Shown here piece by piece: positions 1 through 11,999 of a stretch of DNA of 60,000 nt. Under the pieces are notes generated by a model. It ran no database searches and was not told where the DNA came from. It worked only from the letters and a program-made list of their open reading frames with translations. Position numbers and translations under genes: made by a program. Source of the stretch: Lytechinus pictus (taxonomy: Eukaryota); the NCBI RefSeq assembly GCF_037042905.1, contig NC_087252.1:26600001-26660000 (forward strand). The letters are read 5' to 3'. Each line of letters starts with the position of its first letter. Position 1 is the stretch's first letter.

Positions 1-539
1 ATATTTAGATGACGCTCAAAATATCAAAATGCAGAAATACCATCATGATATTTCGTTTTACTTCAGATATTGGTTTAAGATATTTTCAGTATTAGATAGT
101 AAATAGAATATTATTTTTGACTAAACAATTGTATAAGATTGCTGAAAACGAAAAAAATCATTGAGGAGTTTTAAGATATTGTACATTTTTATGAATGTAA
201 AATTAGGAAGGAAACAGCAAATTTGATAAATGAAGGTTCTCAGGTGCATGTCAAGTTGTCATTTTTTCAAGCAATTTGCTGGAAATGGCAATTCTTCTCC
301 TGCAAATTGTAAATGTTAAAATTCTTTGGTAATACATATTTGTTTAGAATGACATTATATTCATTCATTTTTTTCGTTACGATTCTTACCAAAATATGTT
401 ATGTAATAAAAAAATATATACCAATACGAATTTTATAAATTCAGAATAAAACAACAAATCAAATCAAAGTAGAGTTTATTAATGTAATTTTTGGTTTCGA
501 CGTGAAAAAAAAAGATGCATTATTGTTTGATATGCATAA

Positions 540-1200
540 TTAAACAGCATTTATTTCTACAAAAGTTAAATAGTTAAACAAAACTTTTTTTGAATATGTA
601 AAGAAAAAAATTATTCAGTATCATGAAGGTAAGAAATGTAGGCCTTAATTATTTCTAGATTGATCTTACTTCAGTAATAATGATTAATATCAAACAACAT
701 TTATTTCAACAAAAGTTAAATAGTAAATCAAATCTTTGTTTGAATGTGTAAAGAAAAGATTATTCAGTACCATTAAGGTAAGAAATATAGGCCTTAATTA
801 GTTCCAGATTGATCTTATTTCATTCTTTATCTATTGATAATAATTATTATTAAACAACATTTATTTCCTCAAAAGTTAAATAGTAAATCAAATCTTTGTT
901 TGAATGTGTAAAGAAAATATTATTCAATATCATGAAGGTAAGAAATATAGGCCTTAATTAGATCTAGATTGATCTTACTTCATTCTTTATTTAATAATAA
1001 TAATTTATATTAAACAAAATTTATTTCTACAAAAGTTTTGTTTGAATATGTAAAGAAAAGGTTATTCAGCATCATTAAGATAAGAGATATATATAGGCCT
1101 TAATTAGTTCTAGATTGATCTTAACCCAGAGAGCTCCCGCCCGCACAGCGGGCGGGAGCTCTCTGGGTTAGATTGATCTTACTTCATTCTTTATTTACTT
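540..1200. repeat. Tandem repeat, ~155-bp unit x4
   Basis: Unit aacatttatttc..caaaagttaaatag...gtaagaaatataggccttaatta..tctagattgatcttacttca recurs at about 543, 694, 853 and 1013. Confidence 0.9.
1122..1170. mobile_element. 49-bp perfect-hairpin micro-element with 9-bp TSD (AcademH-like termini)
   Basis: taacccagagagctcccgcccgc-aca-gcgggcgggagctctctgggtta flanked by gattgatct (1113-1121, 1171-1179); absent from the other three tandem units. Confidence 0.85.
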
Positions 1201-1851
1201 GAGAGAAATGTGAAGTGTTGTAATTTCACTTGTGTACATGTTATTTTTTTAATCATAAAGCCTTTGGAGGATTCAAAAATATATTAAAACAATTTTGACA
1301 CATTTCTGGATTTTAGAGGGGGGGGGGGGGGGGGCTAAGCAGGGAGGGGGTGTGAATCGAGGTTATTCTATTATTGTTCCTGTTACTTTTCTGTTTTTGT
1401 GTAACCAACTCAACATGATTTTGAACTGTAGCTGGCGCTATACCACTTTCGGAATTAGAGACAGTAAAATCGATAAGGGTTATTCATTTGATATATATTT
1501 GATAAATACATTGGCTATTGTAAATATACTATCATACTATAATATTTTATTTATTTGTTACTACGTAAATGAAATTATTATGTTATGATGCAGATTTCAA
1601 AACAGTCAAACTCATTAATATAATGTTTCTAACCTGAGATGGCGCTATACACCGTCCGTCTTCCGACCCCCAATATTGTCTGCATTTTTATTCCTCTTTC
1701 AAGAAGAAAAATAAAAATTGAGAGTTCATAATTCTGACTTTGAAGTTCTTATATTGCTTTATTCAAAGATGATATTGACATTTTCTTCATAATGCGAGCT
1801 GGAAGCAAGAGCTGAATTTTTCTTTTATTTATGGAAACGGATCATTTTCAC

Positions 1852-4585
1852 CAGTGGCGGATCCAGCTTTCGTCAATGGGGGATGGGCAGAAAAAAAAAT
1901 TAATCCACATTCCCGATCGGCTGAAAACAGCTGTTTTTTTTTTTTTTTTTTTTTTTTTTTTGGGGGGGGGGGGGCAGTCTTAATCTCTGAAGTTTGAAGT
2001 ATATTATAATTCTATGTTTATTATATAAAATAAAAAAAAGCTTCTCGTAAGACCTACAAACGCGAGCGCGAGCTTAATTTTTTGTTGTTAACATTTCACG
2101 TAACGCTTTTACATGAAAATTTAATATTCTAGGTAGTTATTTTGTCATTATGAACAAAATTTTACTAAATGTTTTGTGCGAGTTTGAATCGCGAGCAGAA
2201 CTTTTTAGTAAACTGACCTGAAAAGGGACTTAATAAGGACTGTTTGCAGTAACTCATGAAGAGGATACATATTTCACTAATTCCCCAAAAAATGATGCGA
2301 GCGAGAAGAGCCTGCTGAAATTTTGTGATATTCCGACCTGAAAACTGGACATTTTAAGCACTTGCTGTAATGGGCAGTGGTATGTAACTAAGCACCTGAT
2401 GATGCGAGCTCAAAATTTTGATATTCCGACCCTCAAAAATTGACAGTTTAAGCACGTTTTTAAAGGACAAGTCCATCACAACAAAAAGTTAAATTGAGTA
2501 AAAAGAATAAAATCCGACTATAGCATAATGATGAAAATTTCATCAAAATTGGAAGTGAAATAAGAAAGTTATGACATCTTAAAGTTTCGCTTAATTTCAC
2601 AAAACAGTGATATGCACATCCTGGTCGGTATGCAAATGAGGGAACTGATGACATCACTCATTCACTATTTCTTTTGTATTATGAAGTAAGAAATACTTAA
2701 ATTTTCTTCTCATTGTCATGTGAAATAAAGTTTTATTCCTTCCTAAACATGTGGAACTATACCATTGTTTTAACATTTTTTGGTTCAGTCAAGTTGGTCG
2801 GTCATTATTGTCAAATCTGTAAAAATTGAAATATTGTATAATTCAACTAATAAAAAAGATATTGAGCGAGGGACATCAACTCTCTCATTTGCATATCACT
2901 GAATTGTGCATAAAATACTGTTTTGTGAAAAATAAGCAAAACTTTAAAATGTCATAATACTTTTTTTTTGTTTTAAATAAGTATAGGTACTTATTTATTG
3001 TCCATGGTTGGAAATTCTTCTTGTTTACATGCCGTGCAAAATGATAGACAACAAATTGTATAAATTTAACATGAACAATGGAATCTACATTTGGAACATG
3101 ACAATAAACATAATATATCTTACATGATAATTCATAACAGAGTATTTATTTAAATAACATGAAAGGCATTATATGAGCTCACTGAAATTTGCAATTTGGG
3201 AAATATCATGAAAAGACAATTATTGGATTGATTAAATTGTAATAAAGGGTGGAAAACTTGGTTAGATGTAATTTACATTTCAGGTGAGTACTACTTATGT
3301 AGTTGGGTAATGTATTCATATCCGATTTCAATGAAATTTTCAGCGCTATGCTTGTTTGATTTTTTAAAATGATTCAAATCAACATTTTTCCGGGGTGGAT
3401 TTGACCTTTAATAAAGAATAAAGTAGGCCTATGCAAGCGCAAACGGGAGAAAACATTCAAACAGGACATAACTCTTATCATGCATAGTCATGAACATGAT
3501 GGGTATCAATTTAAAACATTGATAAGAGCGCGTGTGGAAAATTTGTGATATTCCGACCTGAAAAATATATTTATCTCTTTAAGCAATTGTTGCGAGACCT
3601 AAGAAAGAGACATGATTATGCCATTTTTGAAGTCATTAAGGGTGTGTATTTTCTTTAAAAAATGATGTGAATGCGGAGCAGTAGCTGAAAAGTTGTGATA
3701 TTCCGATCTGAAAATAAATATTCTGAGCACGATTTTTTTTGCTATTAAGGCCTCTAATACAAACGGGACATTACTTTTTGTAAGAATGTGTATCGAACTA
3801 TAATGATATACAGATCTGGAAAGCGAATATTTTTGAGAGTTTTTATGAGAATCCATGAAGAGGAACGTATAATGACTATTACCGATATTTTTTTTCCATC
3901 TTTGTTAAATACCCAACCTCTTTAACTTTGTTCCTGTCTCCCTCTCTTCCTCTTATTTTATTCTGTCTTTCGTTCCAACATGTTTTCACTACATGTACTT
4001 TATTCTATCTCTGAGGCTTTCTTCTCATATGCTGGGTATTTCAATTAATTTCATATATGTATTATTATTTTGTAGAACAATTTCATTTTGATATTTGCCT
4101 ATTTTATTCCAATTTGTATATTTTTTAAAATGTCTGTATATACCATTTGTAAACTGAATGTAATTCAGCCTTTGGCTGCTATTTTCAGTGAATATTGAAA
4201 TAATTAAACCATTCAATCAAATCTCACTTCTTAAATAATGGGAGGGCGTAGCGCGAGCCGATTTTTACTTTTTTTGTATAATGATCAGGGTGCTTATCTC
4301 GCTGAAACAAAGTAATGAAAACTCAAATCGCGAGCATGACAAGCAGAATAGTTTCTGCATAATGACTTGAAATTCATATATTTTATGCCCTATATGCAGG
4401 GCAAGCGTGAACGAAATTTTTTATTTAATATATTAATAACCTGAAAGTTTGTCTATTTTCCAATTCCCTTCCGTTCATTATTATCATTCACTTTTATTCC
4501 TTCTCTCATCTTTCTTATTTTTTTTCGCCTTTCTTTCTTCCCCTCTATTTTTGGCGGCCACTTTGCCCCTCCGGATCCGCCTATG
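1852..4585. mobile_element. hAT-like non-autonomous element (CAGTGGCGGATCC...GGATCCGCCTATG) with degenerate GCGAGC-core internal array
   Basis: TIRs at 1852 and ~4573-4585; degenerate 8-bp flanks attttcac/attttagc. Sister of the 7305-10052 element; nested in an older related copy (gcgcgaagcgcgagc ~4695, ctggatccac ~4771). Confidence 0.7.
2460..3411. mobile_element. Kolobok-like TTAA MITE (family A) carrying a ~350-bp insertion
   Basis: ttaa-AGGACAAGTCCA...TGGATTTGACCT-ttaa ends; homologous to 11451-11922, 35125-35736 and 36548-37154. Segment ~2960-3315 is absent from the sisters. Confidence 0.8.
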
Positions 4586-5077
4586 ATTTTAGCACATTAA
4601 AATGTGTAAGCAAAACTCGAGCAAAACTTTTTGATTGACTTGATTTTTTTTTAATTGTTGTAATGCTGAAACGTATAGTGCATAATGAATGAAAGCGCGA
4701 AGCGCGAGCTTCTCTTCCTATTTTCGCTGACAATGGAGGGGGGGGGGGGGGGGCACGACCGCTATAGGCCCTGGATCCACCTCAATGCTATACCTTTTTA
4801 GAGTCATAATGCCCTTTATATTACCACATTTTCCTTGTTACAATTTGAGGGTTAATTGCATTCTTTGATTTTTTCCCTTAATTTGAGGATCAAGTTATCA
4901 ATTTGTTGAATGATTGGTCATTTTTTTCGTTTTTCTAGAATACATGTTCATTTATGTATTGATTACTAATCTATTTATTGTGTTACTTCATTGATTGATT
5001 GATAGCTTTATTCATTTATTTATCTATGTATTTATTCATCTATTTTGCCTGTTCGGAAAATGGAAATGGGAAATGTA

Positions 5078-5170
5078 TAATAACAATAATCATTACAATA
5101 ATAATAATATTAATGGTAATGATGATGATGATAATAATAATAATAATGATAATAATAATAATAATAATAA
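5078..5170. repeat. (AAT/GAT)n microsatellite
   Basis: Direct reading. Confidence 0.9.
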
Positions 5171-5171
5171 C

Positions 5172-5730
5172 GGGGCGTCGGGGTCTAGTGGTTAGGACTC
5201 TCGTCTTTCAATCAGAAGAACTAGGGTTCGAATCCCAGCCATGGCGTGATTTCCTTCAGCAGGAAATCTACCCACATTGTGCTGCACTCGACCCAGGTGA
5301 GGTGAAAGGGTACCCGGTAGGATTTATTTCTCGAATGCTTTTAGCGCCTATTTCATGGTGGCTCAGCTACTAACATCCGGGGTAATAAAATGATATACCA
5401 TGACTCCACACTGCAAAAACTCTGGTGTTGATTTAACACCAGCCCGGAATCTATACATGTCCACATCAGAGAAATGTTAAACAACACCAGTTTCGTTTTG
5501 GTCTAACACCAGATAGGTGCTTGTACAACACCAATTAGTATTAAAACAGCATCGGTTTGATTCCTAACTGGTGTTGTTTCGATACTTCTCTGGTGTGGAC
5601 ATTATATAGATTCCGGGCTGGTGTTAAATCAACACCGGAGTTTTTGCAGTGCAAGTATATCAAACGCAGTGGAGTGTATACAGGATAGCCGAATGCGCTC
5701 TATTATGACCCTTCTTCTTCTTCTTATCAG
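5172..5730 (+). mobile_element. tRNA-derived SINE, interrupted by a CACTG MITE
   Basis: Head ggggcgtcggggtctagtggttagg (A box)...ggttcgaatccc (B box); body ccttcagcaggaaatctacccacattgtgctgcactcgacccaggtgagg; tail gcgctctat...(ctt)n. Second copy at 59.4-59.66 kb. Confidence 0.85.
5409..5651. mobile_element. CACTG (CMC/EnSpm-like) MITE, copy 1
   Basis: Long TIRs cactgcaaaaactctggtgttgatttaacaccagcccggaatctata / inverse; 2-bp TSD CA. Confidence 0.9.
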
Positions 5731-6423
5731 TAGTATTATCATTATTATAACAAATTGTATAAACTAAGATAATTAGAAATTAATCGGGCTATATAGCCTT
5801 ATGATTATTATTCTACATCCAAGAGAGGGTTGTTAGAAAGAAACAATTATACTAATGTCTTGTGATTTCGCAATCAGTTCATATTTTGTCAATTTTCCAC
5901 TTCTAGTTATCGTATTTAGTGGATTCTCGTTGCTTAACTCTTTTTAATTTAATTTTGACATCCTCGTATTTTCACCACATTCGTTCTTTATAAAAGACAG
6001 TCCTGGATAAGGTAACATTTTTTCCGTCTTGATTTTATTTTCGTCTTCACTTTATTTTATTGTATTTTATAATTTAATATTCTGTTTTTGTAATACTGTA
6101 ATACCTGTATATAATTTTTTAAATATATAATTCAATTTTTCTTGATAGAATAATTATACAACAACAATCAAGAAAACATTTAGATGGAATATCACACAGA
6201 GCATTACAATATAAACAAAAATTGAATAACAAAAAGAAAAGAAAAAGCAATAAAGGAGCGACATGACTTTCATCACATAGATAACCTTGAACATTCACAT
6301 CAAATTACAGCGCAAATCTCCATTTGCGGAATATAATGAAGAGTTAGTTTACCTTGCTTTTTGGCTATCCTATACTCTGTTTCTCTATTAACATTCAAAT
6401 AAATGTTAAAAGCTTGGTAGGTG

Positions 6424-6651
6424 CACTGCAAAAACTCTGGTGTTTATTTAACACCAGCCCAGAATCTATATATGTCCACACCAGAGAAGTGTTACCAGTT
6501 TCGTTTTGGTCTAACACCAGAGAGGTGTTTATACAACACCAATTGAAACAGCATCAGTTTGGTTCCAAACTGGTGTTGTTTCAATACTTCTCTGGTGTGG
6601 ACATTATAGATTCCGGGCTGGTGTTAAATCAACACCGGAGTTTTTGCAGTG
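6424..6651. mobile_element. CACTG (CMC/EnSpm-like) MITE, copy 2
   Basis: Near-identical to 5409-5651 with small deletions; 2-bp TSD TG. Confidence 0.9.
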
Positions 6652-6659
6652 TGGGAGAG

Positions 6660-6983
6660 TTATTTTTTCAAAAAAAGGTTAAAAAAAAAAGACTGGTCAA
6701 TGGTCAATCGCAGGGTCAAACGTATTTAGGGTATGTTTTTTTATTCAAAGCTTGTTTTTAAAGACTAGCCAAACGTGTTTAGGGTATGTTTTTTTTACCC
6801 AAGCTTTTTCCCCGGGGTCATATTCTGGCGACAATTTGTTTAGGGGCCAAAATGTGTAAATAAAGCCCGCGAAAAACTGATTTAGGCGGGGTTATTTTGC
6901 ACACAGAGAAAAACTCGTTTAGGGGGTGTTTGGAAATAGTTTGGCCACGCGTGTGTACAGCAATTCATTTGACTGCCCCCGGG
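6660..6983. mobile_element. Partial CCCGG-ended TIR element with internal tttagggg repeats
   Basis: Homologous to the right part of 16308-16834; ends gactgcccccggg. Confidence 0.7.
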
Positions 6984-7001
6984 TTTTTTTTTTAGCAACG
7001 G

Positions 7002-7170
7002 GTGGGTGTTTCATAAAGCTGTTCGTAAGATACAAATAATACGCATGACTGGTGACCCCTTCTTGTGCTAATTGATACATCTCTATGTCATTCATTTAGG
7101 GCCCAAGAACATGTCCCAGTCGTTCGTAAAGTTGTGCGTAACTTTACGAGCAGCTATATAAAACACCCAC
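7002..7170. mobile_element. Harbinger-like MITE (gtgggtgtttcataaagctg family)
   Basis: TIRs gtgggtgtttcataaagctgttcgtaag / inverse; CGG 3-bp TSD. Confidence 0.8.
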
Positions 7171-7304
7171 CGGATGTGGAATGATCTGTCTATTGATATA
7201 CCAGAGGCACACTAAAAACCATTATCATTTTTTGGGGAGAAAATAACATTTTTTTGATTTTTTACCATACAATGTAGAAAAGCTGCTCGCACATATGACG
7301 CCAC

Positions 7305-10052
7305 CAGTGGCGGATCCAGCCTTCGCCAATAGGGGGGGGGGGGGGGGCCTGATTTTTTTTAGCCACATTTTCCCCGATCGACCGCTATTAATTTTTGTTT
7401 GTTTCTTTGAAGGGGTAGTCCTAATAGTCACTTCTAAGCTTTATATATATATATATATATATATAATAAGTCGTATTTTTAAAAGTGCGAGCGCGAAGCG
7501 CGAGCTTTTTGTTTATTTTATGTACTTTGTCTTAAAATTTAAACATTTTGGGCAATGTTAATGATCCTAAACGAGGTATGTATCGAACTAAATAATTGCT
7601 GCGAGCGCGAAGCGCGAGCAGAAATTTTTTAATATACGTTTTGATCTGATAAAAAAGGATTTGTTAACGGCAGCTTGTTAGCCATGAAGACCTTCATATT
7701 TCAACTATCAAATAATGCGAGCGCGAAGTGCGAGCTGAAAATTTTGACATTTTTACCTGAAGAATGGAAAAAGATCAGTATATAACTAAATAATAAAAGT
7801 GATGCGAGCGCGAAGCGCGAGCTAAAAAAATTTGAGATTTAAACATAAAAATGGGACATGCCTCTATTCATGTTTTGTAAATCATGAAAAGGATGAGTAT
7901 TGGAAATCTTCCTTCATTAAAAATGCTAGCGCAAAGCGCGAGCAGAAATTTTTATTTTATTTTTAATATACGTTTTGATCTGATCAAAAATGGATGATTG
8001 TTAGCCATGAAGACGTTACATATTTTAACTATCCAATAATGCGAGCGCGAAGCGCGAGCTGAAAATTTTGACATTTCTACCTGAAGAATGGAAATTCTAA
8101 GCCTTTTTTGTAATCGTGAAAAGGACAAGTATATATCTAAACAATTAATGCGCGAGCGGAAAAATTCTGGACACTCTATTCATGTTTTGTAAATCATGAA
8201 AAGGATGAGTATAGTTGGAAATTTTCCTATATCAATAATGCGAGCGTAAAGCGCGAGCAGACAATTTTTGATATTGTGATCTGAAACTGAATAATGATTT
8301 AAATAGAGAACAATTAAGCTGCATATCTGAATAAACGCGTGTTTTAGATTTCGACCTAGAATTTGGGTATTCTAAATACTTTTCTTATCATGAAAATCAA
8401 TAAAGCGAGTGCAAAGCGCGAGCTAAAAATAAATGATATTCCGATATAAAAAAGGATTAATTTAAGCTCTGTATTTCAAGCACTTTGTGGGAAAATTGTG
8501 AAGTGGATATGGATCAAAGTTAAAAAAGAGCTGATATGTTTCATTATTATTATTTTGAGTTTTGACATAGGACCGGGACATTCTATAAGGACATTATGTC
8601 ATCATATGAAAATAATGATTATCTTCCCATTTCTCTTCCTAAGGATAAGAGCGCGAAATCTGTTAATATATTATGGCCTGAAGACTTGACATTAAAAGCA
8701 CTTTGGTAATTATGAATAAGATGCATGAGTTAATATCTTTCAACAATCAATGCTATATAGCGGAAATCGCGAGCCGAAATTTTTGATAAACTGTCATCAA
8801 ATGGGGATTTTAAGAAGTTTGTTATAAAAAATTAATTTTGAGACATACATAACTCGCCAATCAAAATGCGAGCGTGCAGCGCTAGCTGATACGTTTTGAC
8901 AATAATTCTGACCTGAATAGGGATATTTTGATAACTTTATGGAATACAGGAAAATAATAGCGCAAACTTAAAAAGATGCAAATTTGTCAATACTCCACAC
9001 CAACAAGTCAAGCTAATATATAACTGTAACTAAACGTATTTACAACTATCATTTAATTATCAACAAATTTGTCTAATATATATTCTAAATAATGTCACTA
9101 CAGTGTCCTATGACCTGTGCACCTGTCATGTTCCTCTTTTTATTTTCAGTTTTATTTGCACCACCCTTTTCTCCCCTCTCTTTCCTTTGCCTCCCTTTTC
9201 CACTCTTATAATTTCTATTAAAAATTTTATCATCATTATCGTTATCACTCCAATTATTCAAATTACTTTCCACTTTTTGTTGTCGCTTATACGCTCTATT
9301 TTGGTATTTTGTAGATTATGTATTTTATTTTTGTTGTCCACCCGTCTCTTGTATATAGGTTATGTTAATTAGTATTGGAACTATGTTTAGGGACTTGCCT
9401 TATTTACAAGCTCTGCTTTTCTTGGCAAGTCCCTCCGTTCAGATAATTTTATCTTCAATATTTGTTATGAAATGTTATAGAACTGTATGTATTATTTTGA
9501 ACATGTATTTACACTTTACTTTGATTATATCTTTTGTTTGAACGGAAATAAATGAATAAATCTAAATCTAAATCTAAATAGGTAGCTGACATATACAATT
9601 TTGCGAGCGCGCAGCGCAAGCAGAAAATGTTAATATTCAGACCATAAAACATAAATTTTTACAGAGCACTTAAAAAAAAAATCAATTTGTAAATCAAACA
9701 AAATAATGAAAGTTCAATTTCCGAGCTGAAATATGTTTTGTATATTGAATTCAAAATTTGATATTTTAAGCTCCATATTGAGCAAGATTTGTAAATCACC
9801 TAAAAGGAAATGCGAGTGCGAAGCGCGAGCGAAAATTTTATATCCCGACATGAAGATTTTTTTCATTATTTTCCAAGTCTTCCCCTTATCTTATTTTATT
9901 CACTCGTCTTCCTCCTCTTGTCTCTCCTTCTTTTTTCCCCTCCTCTCTTTTCCCTTCTTTTTTTCTTTCTTTCCCCCTTTTTTCTTTTTTTGCTCCGCCA
10001 ATAGGGGGGGGGGGGCCCGACCCCTTGGCCCCCCCCCCTGGATCCGCCTATG
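7305..10052. mobile_element. hAT-like non-autonomous element with internal ~115-bp array of GCGAGCGCGAAGCGCGAGC cores
   Basis: TIRs cagtggcggatccag / ctggatccgcctatg; 5-bp flanking duplication gccac (7300-7304, 10053-10057). Interrupts a Kolobok-like fragment that resumes at ~10058-10170. Confidence 0.85.
8961..9578 (+). mobile_element. LINE (CR1/L2-like) 3' fragment inserted in the hAT-like element
   Basis: Interrupts the array; gacttgcc...tacaagctctgctttt..ggcaagtccc hairpin, aataaa and (aaatct)x3 tail, short aatag flanking duplication. Confidence 0.55.
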
Positions 10053-10326
10053 GCCACAAATCAAATAATTGAAATTCTAATAACTTTTTTTTATCATTTG
10101 ATGGATTTTTCTATATATTTTTTGCTATTTTTACAGTAAAGTTTTTGTCAGGGTGAACTTCCGTTTTAAAGCTATACAGAAATCGTTCAGTTTGATTGGC
10201 TGGTAGTATAATCTTGTTATAGGAATTAGGCATTTGTTATCTTTATGAAACCGGGACACTGATCTTCAGGTGTTTTACACGAGGGTGGAGCCAGGACATT
10301 TGATAAGGGGGGGGGGGGGGCTAGCA

Positions 10327-10330
<4 letters not shown>

Positions 10331-10391
<61 letters not shown>

Positions 10392-10410
10392 CATATATAT
10401 ATATATTTAT
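10331..10410. repeat. (TA)n microsatellite
   Basis: Direct reading. Confidence 0.95.
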
Positions 10411-11450
10411 AATAATCAAACTAAATGAAGAATAGTAAAAGAATGCTCAAATATTCCACTTTAACTAGTTTCGTCTTTAATTCTTCAGAAAGTGATCTTC
10501 CACGTTTTCAACTTCGCGGTCGCAATTTTCATTATGTGAAACATTATGTGAAACACAAAAGCTCTTTAAAAGTTTCATCCATGTCAAACAACCCTTCAAA
10601 AATGTATTTTTAGGATCAGTAAATACAGCTCACGCTTCGCTCTCTAGGGGGGATAGGTCTTCGATGCCCCTTTTCTATTTTTTTTTTCATCTGAAGGCGT
10701 CACACATGTTTCAACGATAGAGCATGTTTAATAGCTCCATGGATAGGCCTAGAGGTAATTTTTAGGCATTATGTACCATAACGCTTTTTTATGTTCATAC
10801 GCAGTGAGAGTGAGAGAGAGAGAGAGAGAGAAGAGGGGTTCCTTCTTATAGCTATATTCATCCAGGGACGCATAAAATATCGCGAACCTGCTTTCGTAGA
10901 CATCTGCCTTTGCGGTTAGTCTTTTAATCACAGACCCTGTAAATCGAAACAATCCATCTCTACTAGTAGATGCGAACAACAGGTGCGGATCCAGGATTTT
11001 CCAAAAGGGGATGGGGGCATTTTTGTACGGGAAAACTTTGACAAGTAAAAAAAAAGTTCTCTCTACAAAATAAGGGGAATTTTGTTCAGGAAAAATTTGA
11101 CAAGCAAGCAAAAAAAAAAAAAAAAGGGTTATCAGAGAGGTTTCTCTACCTATATGCACTATGGGTTATCACTGCAAAATACAAAAATGGAGGTTATTTT
11201 GTTCCAGAAAAAAAATTGACAAGCAACCCCCCGAAAAAAGGTCCTCACTTGCAAGTTTCAAAATTTATTGATAAAAATCCACACATATTGGATCATTTTC
11301 AATTTTACAAAACGAATACTAATGTGGACAATTACAGTGAAACATTAAGTTACAAATCCAATATATAATACGTAAATAAATATAAATACATGAGATTTTC
11401 CCATAAAAAACATTGTTTGTGCCTCTCAAGGAGGGGGGGGGGGGGTTATA

Positions 11451-11922
11451 AAACAGTTATATCCACGTCCCGGTCGGTATGCAAATGAGGGAACTGATGA
11501 CATCACTCACTCACTATTTCTTTTATATTTTATTATATGAAATATGAAATATTCTAATTTTCTCCTCATTGTCCAGTGAAACAAAGTTTTATTTCTCCCT
11601 GAACATGTTGAATTACCGTTGCTTAACATTTTATGGTTCAGTCTAGTTGGTCCTCATTGTCAAATCTGCAAAAAATTATATAATGTATCATTCGAACAAT
11701 AAAAAAACAAAAGAAATAGTGAGTGAGGGACATCATCGATTCTCTCATTTGCATGTGACTATATTGTGCATATAACTATTTTGTGAAAAATAAGCGAAAC
11801 TTTAAAATGTCATAACTTTCTTATTTTGCATCCGATTTTGATGAAATTTTCAGCATAATGCTTGTCTGATTTTTCTCTATTGATGCAAATCAACATTTTT
11901 CTGAGGTGGACTTGACCTTTAA
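11451..11922. mobile_element. Kolobok-like MITE family A, truncated at the left end
   Basis: Matches the internal and right-hand part of 2460-3411; ends ggtggacttgacct-ttaa. Confidence 0.8.
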
Positions 11923-11999
11923 GAATTTGTTTGCATCAGTGGTCTGAACCGAAAATATAACATGTCATCCTCCTAGGATTATTCAGCTAAAACTAGTTG

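Noticed and set aside
5172..5245. tRNA gene (also ~59590-59661 on the minus strand)
   Set aside because: A/B boxes are present but run directly into a shared SINE body, and the two copies are diverged; these are SINE heads.
4995..5373. Poly-Asn / poly-Ile ORFs
   Set aside because: Translations of the (AAT)n microsatellite plus SINE.
7487..8890. CRISPR-like repeat-spacer appearance of the GCGAGCGCGAAGCGCGAGC array
   Set aside because: Eukaryotic context, no cas genes, and spacers of ~70-100 bp that are mutually homologous; it is a degenerate tandem repeat within a TIR element.
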